64,000 nt of DNA from a candidate division FCPU426 bacterium (GCA_963719085.1 CAVRAL010000004.1:224001-288000); one strand, 5' to 3'. Counted from the first letter of the stretch, positions 50,276 through 59,716 are shown. The notes: generated by a model not told the origin, from the sequence alone. A program made the numbers and translations.

Positions 50276-50725
50276 AGGCTCCCCCTTTCAGGTTTTAAGA
50301 ATATTTAAACCCCAGAGACGAAAAGGACAAGAAAAGTATTGGTTTGAAGTTATCAATAATGCGCTGAGTGACACAAAACGAGGTTTTGTTTACATGACCG
50401 TAACATTAGGGGTTATGCCGAAGATCGCCCAAGATTGCCGAGGCCAGGTGAAGGCTTTCCTAAAGAAAAATTTATTTTTCTGACGCTTTTTTAGCGCCCT
50501 GAAATAAAAGAAGCTCGAGTTTCTTTTTACGCCTTTCTAAATCTTCTGGGGGCAAAGGAATAACCCGAACCTCAACTGGGAGTTTTTCTAATTCTTTCTT
50601 TTTCAAAACGACCTTTTCTTATTCGCAGCTTATCTTGAGAATTCCCATCTACTATTCCGTCTATATTAGATTATATGAGTTTGTATAAGATTAAAGATGA
50701 GGCAGGATGAGCCTCAAGGGGGAAA

Positions 50726-51061
50726 CTATTTTATTTCCCTTTGAAAATTCACGGTTGGAATTACATCGACTATGGTTTCTTCAGGAAGAAGTCCGTTTTT
50801 TAGAACACCTGAACTTTCCAAATAGGCATTTTTGTTGGGGCCATCATCGGGAATATCTAAACCGGCTTCAGAAGCCGCATAGGCAATAACAGCTTTAAGA
50901 TGTTCCGCCGTTAATTCAGGATAAGTTTTAAGAATGTTTTCGATGTTATCGCCCAAAGCCAGATGACCCAAAACAGATTTTAGAGTTACTTGGGTTCCTT
51001 TTATAACAGGAACGCCGTTTCGTATTTTCGTGTCACGGATAACGTAATCTTTAAAGTTCAT
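50726..51061 (-). CDS. DUF433 domain protein
   Basis: IRNGVPVIKGTQV...ILKTYPELT...AVIAYA. Confidence 0.85.
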   Translation of the reverse strand: MNFKDYVIRDTKIRNGVPVIKGTQVTLKSVLGHLALGDNIENILKTYPELTAEHLKAVIAYAASEAGLDIPDDGPNKNAYLESSGVLKNGLLPEETIVDVIPTVNFQREIK

Positions 51062-51214
51062 ATTTAATTCCAAGTATCAAACATCGGTTTTTTTGTGTTG
51101 ATATTAGCGTAGCGTCTTTGTACATTTGGGTTGGAGGCTTTGCGGAGTGAAGTTTACTCTGCATTGCCTTTTTTATTTTCAGGCTATTTTGAAACTTAAA
51201 TTCTATTAAAAGAA

Positions 51215-51583
51215 TTACAAAATATTTTTAAAATCTTTTTTTAAGAAGGGCGATGCTTTTCCGCCACGTCTTAGCTTTTCTAACAATGCGTCAGAAATAT
51301 CATCTTCCTGCGTCGCTATATGCATTTGAATAGCTTCTTCAATTTTTTGGATATCCGAAAGTATGGCTTCCCTATAGTTAACCGCAGATTCTTTCCTGAT
51401 AAAAGGATGCTCACCGGAACGTAATACACACGAATGATCTCTGTCTTCGTCATTCTCTGTGATGTTTACAAGCAAAACCTTGCCGTTATCGTCGGGTTCG
51501 GTAATTGCAAAATACAAGTGAGGTGGATTTTGCGGCCAACTTGGGTTTTTAAGGAGAACAGCGCTTTTGATTTGAATTGGCAT
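51215..51583 (-). CDS. putative toxin (PemK/MazF-like fold) paired with a Panacea antitoxin
   Basis: PHLYF...LLVNIT...GEHPFIRKESAVNY; starts 12 bp after the DUF4065 gene. Confidence 0.6.
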   Translation of the reverse strand: MPIQIKSAVLLKNPSWPQNPPHLYFAITEPDDNGKVLLVNITENDEDRDHSCVLRSGEHPFIRKESAVNYREAILSDIQKIEEAIQMHIATQEDDISDALLEKLRRGGKASPFLKKDFKNIL

Positions 51584-51595
51584 GGTGAATGCCGT

Positions 51596-52141
51596 TTATG
51601 AGCCGAAAACTGTACTGGCAAAATGAAAGTCCGAAGTCTCTTGCGCAATCTTTTTAATCTCTTTCGGAGCTTTCCCAATAGTTGTCAATAATGCTTCAAA
51701 CGCAATAGGAAACGAAGAGCCGTTCGGGTCTTCCCATTCTTTTGTGTGAGTATGGCAATAGTCGATCATTTGCCCGAAGGAATGCTTTTTAAACTTTTTA
51801 TCGATTTCATTCAAAATCTTTTCTTCGGCTTCGGAAAGTTCGCCGTCGCCTGGGTCTTGTATCAAAGCCACTTCGAAGCCCTGTTTCTTGATGGAAATCA
51901 TCCAATATTTATTCTCGGATTTCCCTTTCAGCCAGTCATAAACTTCGCTCAAAACAGGACCGTTATCCATCGATACATAACTTCCACCAATAATGGGACG
52001 ATTCCATTTCTTTAAAGCTTCACGATCAGAAAGATACATAAGCTTAATCATTTTTGTGTAATTAAGACGCTTGCCATTACTTTTAATAAAGTAGGCTGCC
52101 ACCTGCGTGGCTTTGAGTGGATTTAATTGAAAAGCGATCAT
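51596..52141 (-). CDS. Panacea (DUF4065/SocA-like) antitoxin
   Basis: KMIKLMYLSDR, MDNGPVLSEVYD, YCH...EW. Confidence 0.88.
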   Translation of the reverse strand: MIAFQLNPLKATQVAAYFIKSNGKRLNYTKMIKLMYLSDREALKKWNRPIIGGSYVSMDNGPVLSEVYDWLKGKSENKYWMISIKKQGFEVALIQDPGDGELSEAEEKILNEIDKKFKKHSFGQMIDYCHTHTKEWEDPNGSSFPIAFEALLTTIGKAPKEIKKIAQETSDFHFASTVFGS

Positions 52142-52243
52142 GGGTTACTCCTGCGACTTAGTATATCTATCTCTAACGATAGACACTTAAATTTTCAATA
52201 GGACAGCCGAATTACGGTTATTTTTAACTAAAAAATCAAATAG

Positions 52244-52540
52244 TGGTGGGGCATCCTGGATTCGAACCAGGGACCAAGGCATTCAGGTTTGTGTCGTTTA
52301 CACGACTCCCCGGACTATCTCTTCACCCAAACATCAGGGTGTGGGACGCTTCTTCGCGGTCATTAAGGGGTCTTAACCCCTCCGCTAGTCTCTGCACCTT
52401 CCTCCGGTGTACCGGAAGCTTGGCTCAGGATTGCCTCTGTGAGGTTTCCCTGACTTCATCCCAATTCATCCAACAGCTTTCGCCATTGGTGCACAGCTTT
52501 TGCTATGAGTGCCCTGCTCTAACCGCTGAGCTAATGCCCC
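52244..52540 (-). tRNA. CAU tRNA, probably tRNA-Ile2, intron-containing (exons 52540-52505 and 52283-52244)
   Basis: Spliced 76 nt: GGGGCATTAGCTCAGCGGTTAGAGCAGGGCACTCAT^AATGCCTTGGTCCCTGGTTCGAATCCAGGATGCCCCACCA; full cloverleaf, no initiator features, resembles E. coli ileX; elongator Met not strictly excluded. Confidence 0.92.
52284..52504 (-). ncRNA. group I self-splicing intron (221 nt, no ORF)
   Basis: P1 CAU|AGC-AAAA-GCU-GUG with U.G at the 5' splice site; P4 UCAGG/CCUGA; P7 GAGACUA/AUAGUC; P3 UGGGAUG/CGUCCCA; P9 GUCGU-GUAA-ACGAC; terminal G. Confidence 0.92.
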
Positions 52541-52552
52541 TCTAAATCGTCC

Positions 52553-52567
52553 GTCATTTTACGTTAG
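52553..52567 (-). promoter_or_regulatory. -10 region of the island tRNA promoter
   Basis: CTAACGTAAAATGAC, identical to 53083-53097. Confidence 0.7.
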
Positions 52568-52898
52568 ATTCACCAAAACACAACAAATCAACGAATGACA
52601 TGGATATGACACTAACCCATTTTTTGATCGTGGCACTTTTGATGGTCTGCTCTCAAATCCAAGTTTTTCCTTAGATCAGGGCAGTAAAAGTGTCCTGCTC
52701 TCGCCGTGTCTTATTCGTGTCATTCGTAGTGCTGTTTTACCGCCCTTTACCGCCACTGACTGTCTTTGACCATGCTTTCAAAAAAAGACCCTTGCCCGCA
52801 ACCTCTCTAAAAGCGTTACGGGCAAAGGCATTCAAAACGTGCTGGGGACAGTTAAATTTTTACTGCACGGACTTTCCGACTCCAAAAAGCCTTGAAAA

Positions 52899-52938
52899 CA
52901 TTATGAGTGCCCTGCTCTAACCGCTGAGCTAATGCCCC
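52899..52938 (-). pseudogene. 5' half of the host CAU tRNA, intron-less, at the right island junction
   Basis: GGGGCATTAGCTCAGCGGTTAGAGCAGGGCACTCATAATG followed by non-tRNA sequence with no T-arm or acceptor. Confidence 0.92.
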
Positions 52939-53082
52939 GAGGGTCAACAAAAAATCTAATAGAGACCTCGGGGTAATCCCCGAATGGGATGCCCCGATTT
53001 ACTTTACGCTTTTGGGGTAATCCCCTCTTAGGAGGGTGCCCCGGTTTTATTGGGTTCCCCACATGGGGTCGCCCCAAAGACG

Positions 53083-53115
53083 GTCATTTTACGTTAGCCC
53101 GGGGATACCGTCCAA
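53083..53115 (-). promoter_or_regulatory. host tRNA promoter
   Basis: TTGGAC-N18-TAAAAT just downstream of the sulP stop. Confidence 0.6.
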
Positions 53116-53121
53116 CCTTAA

Positions 53122-54357
53122 CTATCTTACGAGCTTCTTCACCCAGGCGATCAATGCCGCCAACGCACAACCCGAAGCCACGGCCACGGTCAGGTTTACA
53201 AACAAGGTCAGCAAAAGAGTAGTCAAAAGAACCAATGCGTTTACGCGGCTGCCCTTGAGTTCTTTCCAAACCGTTTCCCATTCGAACATGTGAAAACACA
53301 CAACCACCAAGATTCCCGCGAGAACCGCCAAGGGCACACGCGCCGCCAATGGACCGGCCGCCAAAAGCACCAATAAAACAACCAAGGCATGAATCATTCC
53401 CGCCACGGGCGTCCTTCCACCATTGCGGACATTGGTGGCGGTCCGGGCAATGGCACCGGTGGAAGGTATGCCGCCGAACAACGCCGAGGCCGTGTTCGAC
53501 AGGCCTTGGGCGACCAATTCTAAGTTCGACTTATGGTGCCCATCAATGAGGTGGTCCGCCACCACCGCGCAGAGCAAGGATTCAATGGCGCCCAAGGCCG
53601 CGATCAAAAAAGCCGAAGGCAAAAGTTGGAGCGCTTGCGCGCCGGTCAGGGCCAGCCAATGAAAGGGGGGAAATCCGCCCGGAATCCCGCCAAAACGGGA
53701 ACCAATCGTTTCCACGGGAAATTGTCCCACGCCCGCCGCGAGGGACGCCGCCACCAGCGCCATCAAGGACCCGGGCACCTTCCATCCGCGGGGCCAAACC
53801 AAAAGGCAAACCGAGGTGAATAAACCAATGCCCAAGGCATAGGGATTCAGGTTAGGAATTGACTTCATGCAGGCGACCCACCTGGAAAGAAAATCCGCCG
53901 GCAAGGAATTAATCGGGAGCCCCAGCCAATCTTTGATTTGGGTGCTGAAGATGACGACGGCGATGCCGGCGGTGAACCCGGTGACAACCGCGGGCGGGAT
54001 GGATTTCACGAATCCGCCCAACCGCGAAAGACCCAAAACGATCAGGATGATCCCCGCCATGGCTGTGGCCAAGGCCAGTCCCTCGTAGCCATAGCGGGTT
54101 ACCACACCGGCGACGATAACGATGAAAGCGCCCGTGGGACCGCCGATCGTGACCCGGCTGCCGCTCAAGGCGGACAAAAGAAACCCCGCGACGACCGCCG
54201 TATAGAGGCCCCGCTCCGGCGGAAGGCCGCAGGCGATGGAAAAGGCCATGGCCAACGGAATCGCCACCAACCCCACGACCAGTCCGGCGCCTGCGTCAGC
54301 GTGGAATTGTTTCCAGGAATAATCCCTCAAACAAACTACCGACTTCGGCACGAACAT
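53122..54357 (-). CDS. SulP/SLC26 anion transporter, no STAS domain
   Basis: AIPLAMAFSIA, IGGPTGAF, IESLLCAVVAD, TGAIARTATN. Confidence 0.9.
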   Translation of the reverse strand: MFVPKSVVCLRDYSWKQFHADAGAGLVVGLVAIPLAMAFSIACGLPPERGLYTAVVAGFLLSALSGSRVTIGGPTGAFIVIVAGVVTRYGYEGLALATAMAGIILIVLGLSRLGGFVKSIPPAVVTGFTAGIAVVIFSTQIKDWLGLPINSLPADFLSRWVACMKSIPNLNPYALGIGLFTSVCLLVWPRGWKVPGSLMALVAASLAAGVGQFPVETIGSRFGGIPGGFPPFHWLALTGAQALQLLPSAFLIAALGAIESLLCAVVADHLIDGHHKSNLELVAQGLSNTASALFGGIPSTGAIARTATNVRNGGRTPVAGMIHALVVLLVLLAAGPLAARVPLAVLAGILVVVCFHMFEWETVWKELKGSRVNALVLLTTLLLTLFVNLTVAVASGCALAALIAWVKKLVR

Positions 54358-54387
54358 AGCGCGTCCTTATCCATTCACCTTGGGGGG

Positions 54388-54990
54388 TTAGAGACCGTCG
54401 GGTAATTCCCTGATTTTTTCCCGTAGGATTCCCAAAGTAAACCCCTGCGCTTCCCGGAAAACCGGATCTTCCGACCTTAAGAGCATAGCCTTCCGCCGCT
54501 TTAAATCCTTCGATTCGCCCTCTAAATCTTGGGCATATCCGAAATCAGCGCCGACAAAAGCATCCCAGAGGGTTTCTTTGAGCGCGGCGGCCTGCCCATG
54601 CTTACGGGAGAAATCAAGGAATGTCTGGAGAGCTTCTAAAAAAACTCCGGGATGGTCGACCATCGCGTCCCCCAAAGCCCGCAAGACGTCTTGTTCCGTC
54701 CCGCCTTTTAAGAGTGGGATCAAACGAAATCCTATCTCCACGGCTTCTTCGTTTCCCGCTTCAACCCCGCGAAAAAACCTGGGAGATACTTCCGGTTGTG
54801 AAGGCTGGATATCTGTTTTTGAGGGCTGGTCCGACAGAAAGGTCAAATCCCTTTGCTCCAATTCCTGAAGACAGGCGGCGCCCATGGGCTTTCCCGCCAT
54901 CCAAAGCGCGCAAGAATCCTCTGCGGCCCCGAGAAAACCGGCTTGCGCGAAGATCAGGAGACTCAAAAATAACCGGGCGGAAAGAACCAT
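54388..54990 (-). CDS. hypothetical exported helical protein
   Basis: Signal-peptide-like N-terminus; in operon between arsR and sulP. Confidence 0.6.
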   Translation of the reverse strand: MVLSARLFLSLLIFAQAGFLGAAEDSCALWMAGKPMGAACLQELEQRDLTFLSDQPSKTDIQPSQPEVSPRFFRGVEAGNEEAVEIGFRLIPLLKGGTEQDVLRALGDAMVDHPGVFLEALQTFLDFSRKHGQAAALKETLWDAFVGADFGYAQDLEGESKDLKRRKAMLLRSEDPVFREAQGFTLGILREKIRELPDGL

Positions 54991-54999
54991 GGGGATGCC

Positions 55000-55332
55000 T
55001 CAACCCTCACCCAAGTGGCTGAGAACTTCCTGGCTTTCTTTCAATTTCTTCTTCAAAAACAGGGAGATCGGCCTTAACACGTCGAAAATGCCTTTGTCGC
55101 GGATGGAGTAATAAACGGTGACCTTCACTTGGCGCGAGTTCAGGATGCCCGCTTGTTTGAGGATGGCTAGGTGTTTGGAAAGACTGGATTGCTCCACTTC
55201 CAATGATTTGACCATCTTCCCCACCGAATCCTCGCGGGACTTCAAATGCTCAATGATCTTAAGCCGCGCGGGATGAGAAAGGGCCCGAAGAAAATCAGCT
55301 TTAATCTTAAAAACAAAATCCAGCTCAACCAT
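55000..55332 (-). CDS. ArsR/SmtB family transcriptional regulator
   Basis: ALSHPARLKII, QSSLSKHLAILKQAGI. Confidence 0.9.
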   Translation of the reverse strand: MVELDFVFKIKADFLRALSHPARLKIIEHLKSREDSVGKMVKSLEVEQSSLSKHLAILKQAGILNSRQVKVTVYYSIRDKGIFDVLRPISLFLKKKLKESQEVLSHLGEG

Positions 55333-55353
55333 GCGCCACCCCTTTGAGCTTTA

Positions 55354-55379
55354 ACTATATTCCAATATGTTCATATAGT
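55354..55379. promoter_or_regulatory. candidate ArsR operator
   Basis: ACTATAT-N12-ATATAGT inverted repeat upstream of arsR. Confidence 0.45.
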
Positions 55380-55473
55380 AAACAATCTTACTCGACTTAA
55401 ATTAATCGGCCAGGATAGCTTTTTGAGATTTCCGACGGGAGGGTTTTCGCGTCTGGTTTCGCGGCGGGATTTC

Positions 55474-55977
55474 TTACTTCTTTTTGCCGAACCAAGTGGC
55501 TTTGGGCTTGGTCAAATAACCCATCACTTTCACCAAATTCCGCTTCAAAGCCTCGGGGCTTTTGAGATGGTTCAAATAGCGGTTCAATTCTTTTTGGTGC
55601 GAGGGACTGAACCGCCCGAAAGCGGCCTTGGCCTTGGGGGATTTTTTTAATGCCTTCGCCAAAGCCGGATTCATCGGCTCCACGCGGGGCGCCTTATCCA
55701 CCGCCAATACCACCTTCACCCGATCGCCCAAATCCTTCCCGATCGTCTTTCGCATGACTCCATGTAAATAAAGCCGGTGATGGGTACCGGGCTTGGCTTG
55801 GGTCCGTTTCGGACCCAGCGGCATGAGGTTGGCTTTGAAAGACTTGCCTTCCAAAAGAATCCGGACCGGCACGACCCCGCCGGTAGATCCCAACGTTTGG
55901 GCGGCACCCAAAGGCGGATCGACGTAAGGATTGATTCCTTCTTTTTTGATGATTGACTGAAACGAAACTTTTTTCAC
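55474..55977 (-). CDS. DUF1905/YdeI-OmpD-associated family protein
   Basis: VPVR...FKANLMP...GDRVKV; FGRFSPSHQKE. Confidence 0.8.
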   Translation of the reverse strand: MKKVSFQSIIKKEGINPYVDPPLGAAQTLGSTGGVVPVRILLEGKSFKANLMPLGPKRTQAKPGTHHRLYLHGVMRKTIGKDLGDRVKVVLAVDKAPRVEPMNPALAKALKKSPKAKAAFGRFSPSHQKELNRYLNHLKSPEALKRNLVKVMGYLTKPKATWFGKKK

Positions 55978-55992
55978 GCGTATTCCTTAAAC

Positions 55993-56021
55993 AAAAAAAG
56001 CCGGCCCGAAGGCCGGCTTTT
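55993..56021 (-). terminator. intrinsic terminator after rpoD
   Basis: AAAAAAAGCCGGCC-CGAA-GGCCGGCTTTT. Confidence 0.85.
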
Positions 56022-56032
56022 GGTTTTACGAC

Positions 56033-57841
56033 CTAATCTAAATAGCCCTTCAGCTTGCGGCTCCTGGAGGGGTGCCGTAATTTACGCAAAGCCTTCGCCT
56101 CAATCTGCCGGACGCGCTCACGGGTGACCTTGAAGGTGTTACCGACTTCTTCCAAGGTATGCGGGTAGCCGTCGTTCAAACCGAAGCGCAGACGCAGGAC
56201 TTCCGCTTCCCGGTCCTTGAGGCTTCCCAGGACCTTGGAAATCTGCTCCTGCAAAAGAACAAAGGCCGCTGCGTTGGCGGGGCTGACGACATCCTTATCC
56301 TCGATGAAGTCGCCCAAGTGGCTGTCTTTTTCCTCGCCGATCGGGGTCTCAAGCGAAATGGGTTCTTGCGCGATTTTCAAAATGGCGCGCACCTTCTCCA
56401 CCGGCATTTCCAAACGCTCGGCGATTTCATCGGCCAAAGGTTCCCGACCCAATTCCTGGACCAAATCCCTCGACACCTTAATTGACTTATTAATGGTCTC
56501 AATCATATGCACGGGAATACGGATGGTGCGGGCCTGGTCGGCGATCGCGCGGGTGATGGCTTGGCGGATCCACCAGGTGGCATAGGTGGAGAACTTATAA
56601 CCCCGGCGGTACTCGAACTTCTCCACCGCGCGCATCAAACCAATGTTTCCTTCCTGGATCAAATCCAGGAACGGCAGGCCGCGGTTGGTGTATTTCTTGG
56701 CGATGGAAATGACCAAACGGAGGTTGGCTTCCACCAATTCCATGCGGGCGTAATAGGCTTCGCGCTCGCCCACCCGGATGCTTTTCATCATGACCTTCAT
56801 CTGGTCACGGGTGGCCATACCGTCTTTTTCCAGCTTTTTGATGTTGCGGCGGGCGTCTTCCCAGTGGGCGCAGATTTTGTGGAATTCATCGCCCTTAAGC
56901 GCGCTTTTCTTTTCCAATTGCTTCAAATCCGCCGGGGTGGCGTGTTTGAGGAGGCTGGGCAATTTAATATAGGCTTCCGGGGTAAGCTTCATCAGCTTTT
57001 CCTGCACGTGCATGGCGTGTTCCTGCTCCTCAATCTTCTCGCCATGTTCCCGCAGGCTTTCAATGAGCCGTTCCTTGACCTTCTTTTGGAACTGGCAATC
57101 CTTCACCAGCCAAATGAGGTCGATCAGTTTGACGTCCAGCGCCTCGATTAAAGGCTTTTTCTTTTCCAGGCTCATCGACTTGAGGGCCACCTTGTGCTGG
57201 AGCGCCTTGATATGGCGTTCCATGACCTTGAGCTTGGCGTGGTTTTTGCGGATCTTGGCGTAGATGGCTTTTTCCGGAACCCCGCCCGGCAAATCGGCGT
57301 AGGGGTCCAGGTCGATGGTTTCTTGGAGGGTTTTCTTTTTCTTGATCACGTTGGTGAAAAGCTCGTGCAGGTTCTGGAAGCCCAGCGCGGATCCGAGGAC
57401 GGCCTTTTCCACCTTAAACTCGCCCGCCTCAATGCGTTTGGCGATCGAAATTTCTTCCTCGCGGGTCAAAAGCGAGATGCGGCCCATCTCGTGCAGATAC
57501 ATCTTGACCGGGTCGCCCATGCGGGTCTCGACGCCGGAGGTCTCGAAGGGCTTGTCGAATTCCTCGTCATCGTCATCATCGTCGTCTTTGGAGCCGGCGG
57601 CGGCGCCCACTTCTTTATCGTCGTCGGGAATCGCGGCGGCCTTTTCGTCCTGGTCCACGATCTTGATGTCGTTCTCGCCCAGCATCAAAAGGATATCGTC
57701 GATTTCTTCGGAGGAAACCACTTCGTCGGGCAGGATGTCATTGACCTGTTTGTAGGTGATGTATCCTTTTTCCTTACCGACTTCCAGGATCTTATTGACG
57801 TGATCGGACTTAGGTTTTCCCGCCGCTGGCTTCATGGCCAT
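56033..57841 (-). CDS. rpoD: RNA polymerase primary sigma factor
   Basis: [41 protein letters not shown]. Confidence 0.97.
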   Translation of the reverse strand: MAMKPAAGKPKSDHVNKILEVGKEKGYITYKQVNDILPDEVVSSEEIDDILLMLGENDIKIVDQDEKAAAIPDDDKEVGAAAGSKDDDDDDDEEFDKPFETSGVETRMGDPVKMYLHEMGRISLLTREEEISIAKRIEAGEFKVEKAVLGSALGFQNLHELFTNVIKKKKTLQETIDLDPYADLPGGVPEKAIYAKIRKNHAKLKVMERHIKALQHKVALKSMSLEKKKPLIEALDVKLIDLIWLVKDCQFQKKVKERLIESLREHGEKIEEQEHAMHVQEKLMKLTPEAYIKLPSLLKHATPADLKQLEKKSALKGDEFHKICAHWEDARRNIKKLEKDGMATRDQMKVMMKSIRVGEREAYYARMELVEANLRLVISIAKKYTNRGLPFLDLIQEGNIGLMRAVEKFEYRRGYKFSTYATWWIRQAITRAIADQARTIRIPVHMIETINKSIKVSRDLVQELGREPLADEIAERLEMPVEKVRAILKIAQEPISLETPIGEEKDSHLGDFIEDKDVVSPANAAAFVLLQEQISKVLGSLKDREAEVLRLRFGLNDGYPHTLEEVGNTFKVTRERVRQIEAKALRKLRHPSRSRKLKGYLD

Positions 57842-57852
57842 TTGTTCCTCTT

Positions 57853-59694
57853 TTAAGAGAATTGTTTTTTTAGCTCGCTCATTTGCCGAGCGAGAAGCAG
57901 CGCTTCTTCCTGTTGCCCCGCCTTCTCCGCCTCACCCTGCTTTTGCTTTAAAGTGTCCATCTCCCGCTTGAAATAGCGTTTTTTAACCTCGCCCGCGAAC
58001 TCCAGGATCATGGCTTCCCGTATCTGCCGCTCCTTCAGGTTGACCTCGTCCTCGCTCTTGTTTTTCCACAGGGCGGCGTCCTGCTTGCGCTTTTCCGCCC
58101 GGGCCTCGATGCGTATAAAAGACGATTCCAACTCGGGAACCGCGTTAAGCTCCGCGGGCTTTAGGTCGCCCGAACTGAGCTTCTCAAACAGATCCCGGAA
58201 CTTCGCGTTCGCGAAATGCTGGGGCGACAGTTCATTGGCCGCCCAGGGCACAAATTCCCCCCGCTCTTCCGTGAGCAGGGCCAAAAAGTCGCTTTCCACC
58301 TCGTCGCTTCCATCCGTCTTCTCTTTAGACGGAGCCGCCGGCTTATCCGGGTTCGGGGCCTGGGACCCTTCGGCCGTGAACCGGCGGGGGCCGCCCTTTT
58401 TACGGGCCGTATTCACCAGGGTCAGCAAGTCCCGGTTGTCCAGGGACAACTCGGACTCGATGGCCGCGCAAGCCGCCTGCACCGCCGCCTCATCCTCCAA
58501 TCCCGCCAGGACGGGGACAAATTCCTGGAGCGCGCGTATCAACTCTTCTTTTCGCGCTTCCGGCATCTTGGCTCTCAACGAAGACGCCCACCACCTGAAA
58601 AAGTCAGGGGCCTTCTCAATCAGCGCCGTCAGGTCTTCTTTTGGGTGCTTCTGTAAATACTCGTCCGGATCCTTGGCATCCGGAATGAGCAAAACCTTCA
58701 CTTGAAGGCCAGCCTGCATCAGGGGCTCGAAACCCCGCAAAACCGCCGCCTGCCCCGCCGCGTCCGCGTCGTAGGAAAAAACCACTTCTTTCGTGTAGCG
58801 TTTCAACAAGGGGCCGTGTTGGGTGGTTAAGGCCGTCCCCAAGGTCGCCACCGCGTTGTCAAAACCAAAAAGATGCAGGGCCAAAGCGTCGAAATAACCC
58901 TCAACGACTAGCACGAATCCCGCGCGGCGAATTCCTTCCCGGGCGGCGTTCAACAAATAAAGCGTCTCACCTTTTTTAAAGAGAAGGGTTTCTGGCGAAT
59001 TGAGGTACTTAGGACCGGGATCCTCACCCAAAGTCCTGCCGCCGAAGGCGATGATATTATCATAATTGTTAAAGACGGGAAAGATGAGGCGGTTCCGAAA
59101 TTTATCGTAATAAGTGTTTTTTTCCTCGTTATGAACCAGCAGTCCCGCCGCCAATAGTTCCTCTTGGGAGAACCCCTCTTTTTGAGCCGCGTTTTTTAAG
59201 AAATCCCAGCCCGGAGGGGCGAAACCAATCTTAAATTTTACGGCCATTTCCTTGGTAAAACCCCGGGCCTTGTAATAGTCCCGCGCGCTCTGGCCTTCGG
59301 CCGACAACAGTTTTTCGTGATAAAGCTTTCCGGCCAATTCATTCAAAGCGATCATGCGCTCGCGCTGGCGATCCCGGGCCAAATCCTGCGCGCTGTCCTG
59401 TTGGGTCGGCAAAGGGATTCCCGCTTTGCCCGCCAAATGCCGCAGGGCTTCGGGAAAGGGCATCTTTTCCATTTCCATGACGAAGGTGATGACATTGCCG
59501 CCCTTGCCGCAGCCGAAACAATGGAAGGTGTGCCGGGAGGGAGACACGATAAAGCTGGGCGACTTTTCGCTGTGGAAGGGGCAGAGGCCCTTGTAGCTGG
59601 ACCCGGCTTTTTTAAGGGACACGTATTCGCTTACTACGGACACAATGTCCGAGGAATCGCGCACACGCTGAATGATGTCGTCCGAATATTTCAT
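57853..59694 (-). CDS. dnaG: DNA primase
   Basis: [11 protein letters not shown]...[30 protein letters not shown]. Confidence 0.97.
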   Translation of the reverse strand: MKYSDDIIQRVRDSSDIVSVVSEYVSLKKAGSSYKGLCPFHSEKSPSFIVSPSRHTFHCFGCGKGGNVITFVMEMEKMPFPEALRHLAGKAGIPLPTQQDSAQDLARDRQRERMIALNELAGKLYHEKLLSAEGQSARDYYKARGFTKEMAVKFKIGFAPPGWDFLKNAAQKEGFSQEELLAAGLLVHNEEKNTYYDKFRNRLIFPVFNNYDNIIAFGGRTLGEDPGPKYLNSPETLLFKKGETLYLLNAAREGIRRAGFVLVVEGYFDALALHLFGFDNAVATLGTALTTQHGPLLKRYTKEVVFSYDADAAGQAAVLRGFEPLMQAGLQVKVLLIPDAKDPDEYLQKHPKEDLTALIEKAPDFFRWWASSLRAKMPEARKEELIRALQEFVPVLAGLEDEAAVQAACAAIESELSLDNRDLLTLVNTARKKGGPRRFTAEGSQAPNPDKPAAPSKEKTDGSDEVESDFLALLTEERGEFVPWAANELSPQHFANAKFRDLFEKLSSGDLKPAELNAVPELESSFIRIEARAEKRKQDAALWKNKSEDEVNLKERQIREAMILEFAGEVKKRYFKREMDTLKQKQGEAEKAGQQEEALLLARQMSELKKQFS

Positions 59695-59716
59695 GAAACC
59701 CTTTTAGAAAAAACTG

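Larger units (their letters stand above)
30286..52907. mobile_element. tyrosine-integrase genomic (defence) island inserted in the tRNA anticodon loop
   Basis: Direct repeat CATTATGAG at 30286-30294 and 52899-52907; tRNA halves outside each end; integrase next to the left end; AT-richer cargo. Confidence 0.9.

Noticed and set aside
30250..52283. Conventional reading: island bounded by a 40-bp duplication of the tRNA 3' end, with the intron tRNA as the host gene
   Set aside because: The left copy extends across the intron-less junction, a matching intron-less 5' half with promoter lies at 52899-52938, and arm-like repeats lie between 52540 and 52899. Disfavoured, though not formally excluded without relatives.
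52243..52545. 100-aa + strand ORF (MVGHPGFEPGT...)
   Set aside because: Antisense translation of the tRNA and its intron
30286..52907. Prophage or self-transmissible ICE
   Set aside because: No capsid, terminase, tail, relaxase or T4SS genes recognised
52860..52938. Second complete tRNA at the right junction
   Set aside because: Sequence after the anticodon loop has no T-arm, acceptor strand or CCA
52970..53075. Mini-CRISPR array
   Set aside because: Units vary in length and sequence, spacers are only about 10-18 nt, and no cas genes are present
56159..58705. Long + strand ORFs opposite rpoD and dnaG, and similar shadows elsewhere
   Set aside because: Antisense ORFs expected from GC-rich codon bias; no motifs or RBS
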